Of a DNA stretch of 64,000 bases, positions 63,830 through 64,000 are shown piece by piece. The DNA comes from an uncultured Candidatus Micrarchaeota archaeon. GTDB taxonomy: Archaea > Micrarchaeota > Micrarchaeia > Burarchaeales > Fermentimicrarchaeaceae. Location: the NCBI GenBank assembly GCA_903884505.1, contig CAISET010000030.1, forward strand, positions 29,701 through 93,700. The letters are read 5' to 3'. The notes under the pieces are model-generated. The model was not told the DNA's origin and ran no database searches. It saw nothing but the letters and a program-made list of their open reading frames with translations. Within the stretch, counting starts at the first letter, position 1, and every line of letters begins with the position of its first letter. Position numbers and translations under genes: made by a program.

Positions 63830-64000
63830 TTCTTTCAAACGAAGACGTTGAGAATTATCTTAAGAGGGGAGTCATCCGCATAACTCCCCAGCCGACACCG
63901 GAGCAGATAGGCCCGGGCTCGGTTGATTTGACGCTTTCGAACGAATTCTGGAGGTTCAGCGGGAAGGCGAAGGGCAAGACCTTTGATTTGGATGAGATAG
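63826..64000 (+). CDS. dcd: dCTP deaminase (Dcd), 5' fragment running off the window
   Basis: GTG start; 'ILSNEDVENYLKRGVIRITP...QIGPGSVDLTL'. Confidence 0.7.
   Translation, partial: MILSNEDVENYLKRGVIRITPQPTPEQIGPGSVDLTLSNEFWRFSGKAKGKTFDLDEI

Noticed and set aside
1-64000. CRISPR array search
   Set aside because: I found no regularly spaced identical repeats of 25-40 bp. The PT-rich coding repeats (e.g. 29160-29330, 30480-30950, 48700-49080, 60700-60870) are low-complexity Pro/Thr codon runs inside ORFs, not repeat-spacer arrays.

Overview
This is a ~60% GC archaeal chromosomal segment, probably euryarchaeal. The evidence is two HMf-type histones, an L7Ae-S28e-L24e-Ndk ribosomal cluster, RtcB, an A24 preflagellin-peptidase-like gene, an AMMECR1 protein and an archaeosortase-like membrane protein. 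The backbone is housekeeping: Dus, a two-subunit group-3-like [NiFe] hydrogenase with its maturation protease, IlvC, FKBP, SOD, CopA, CorA, NAD kinase, an NPPY methyltransferase, a geranylgeranyl reductase, a urea transporter, dCTP deaminase paralogs and an M20 peptidase. There are also many secreted or anchored surface proteins (CARDB/PKD, TSP3 repeats, PT-rich linkers, lipobox-like lipoproteins). I found no rRNA, tRNA or CRISPR array. The most notable content is a previously unannotated family of hairpin-module MITE-like elements that recur in intergenic spaces and have GGAACC...GGTTCC closing inverted repeats. Two tandem copies of this family sit behind promoter-like TTTAAAAA boxes. Four insertions are flanked by unusually long (18-41 bp) direct duplications of gene termini. 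These are two hairpin elements, a 1.38-kb cargo between convergent histone genes, and an AbiEi/AbiEii toxin-antitoxin cassette inserted at the rtcB start. Other items flagged are a solo Cas4-like nuclease with a 41-aa partner, a translationally coupled triplet of zinc-ribbon paralogs, an ultra-acidic micro-ORF upstream of a histone, and a large 975-aa unknown protein divergent from an archaeosortase-like gene.
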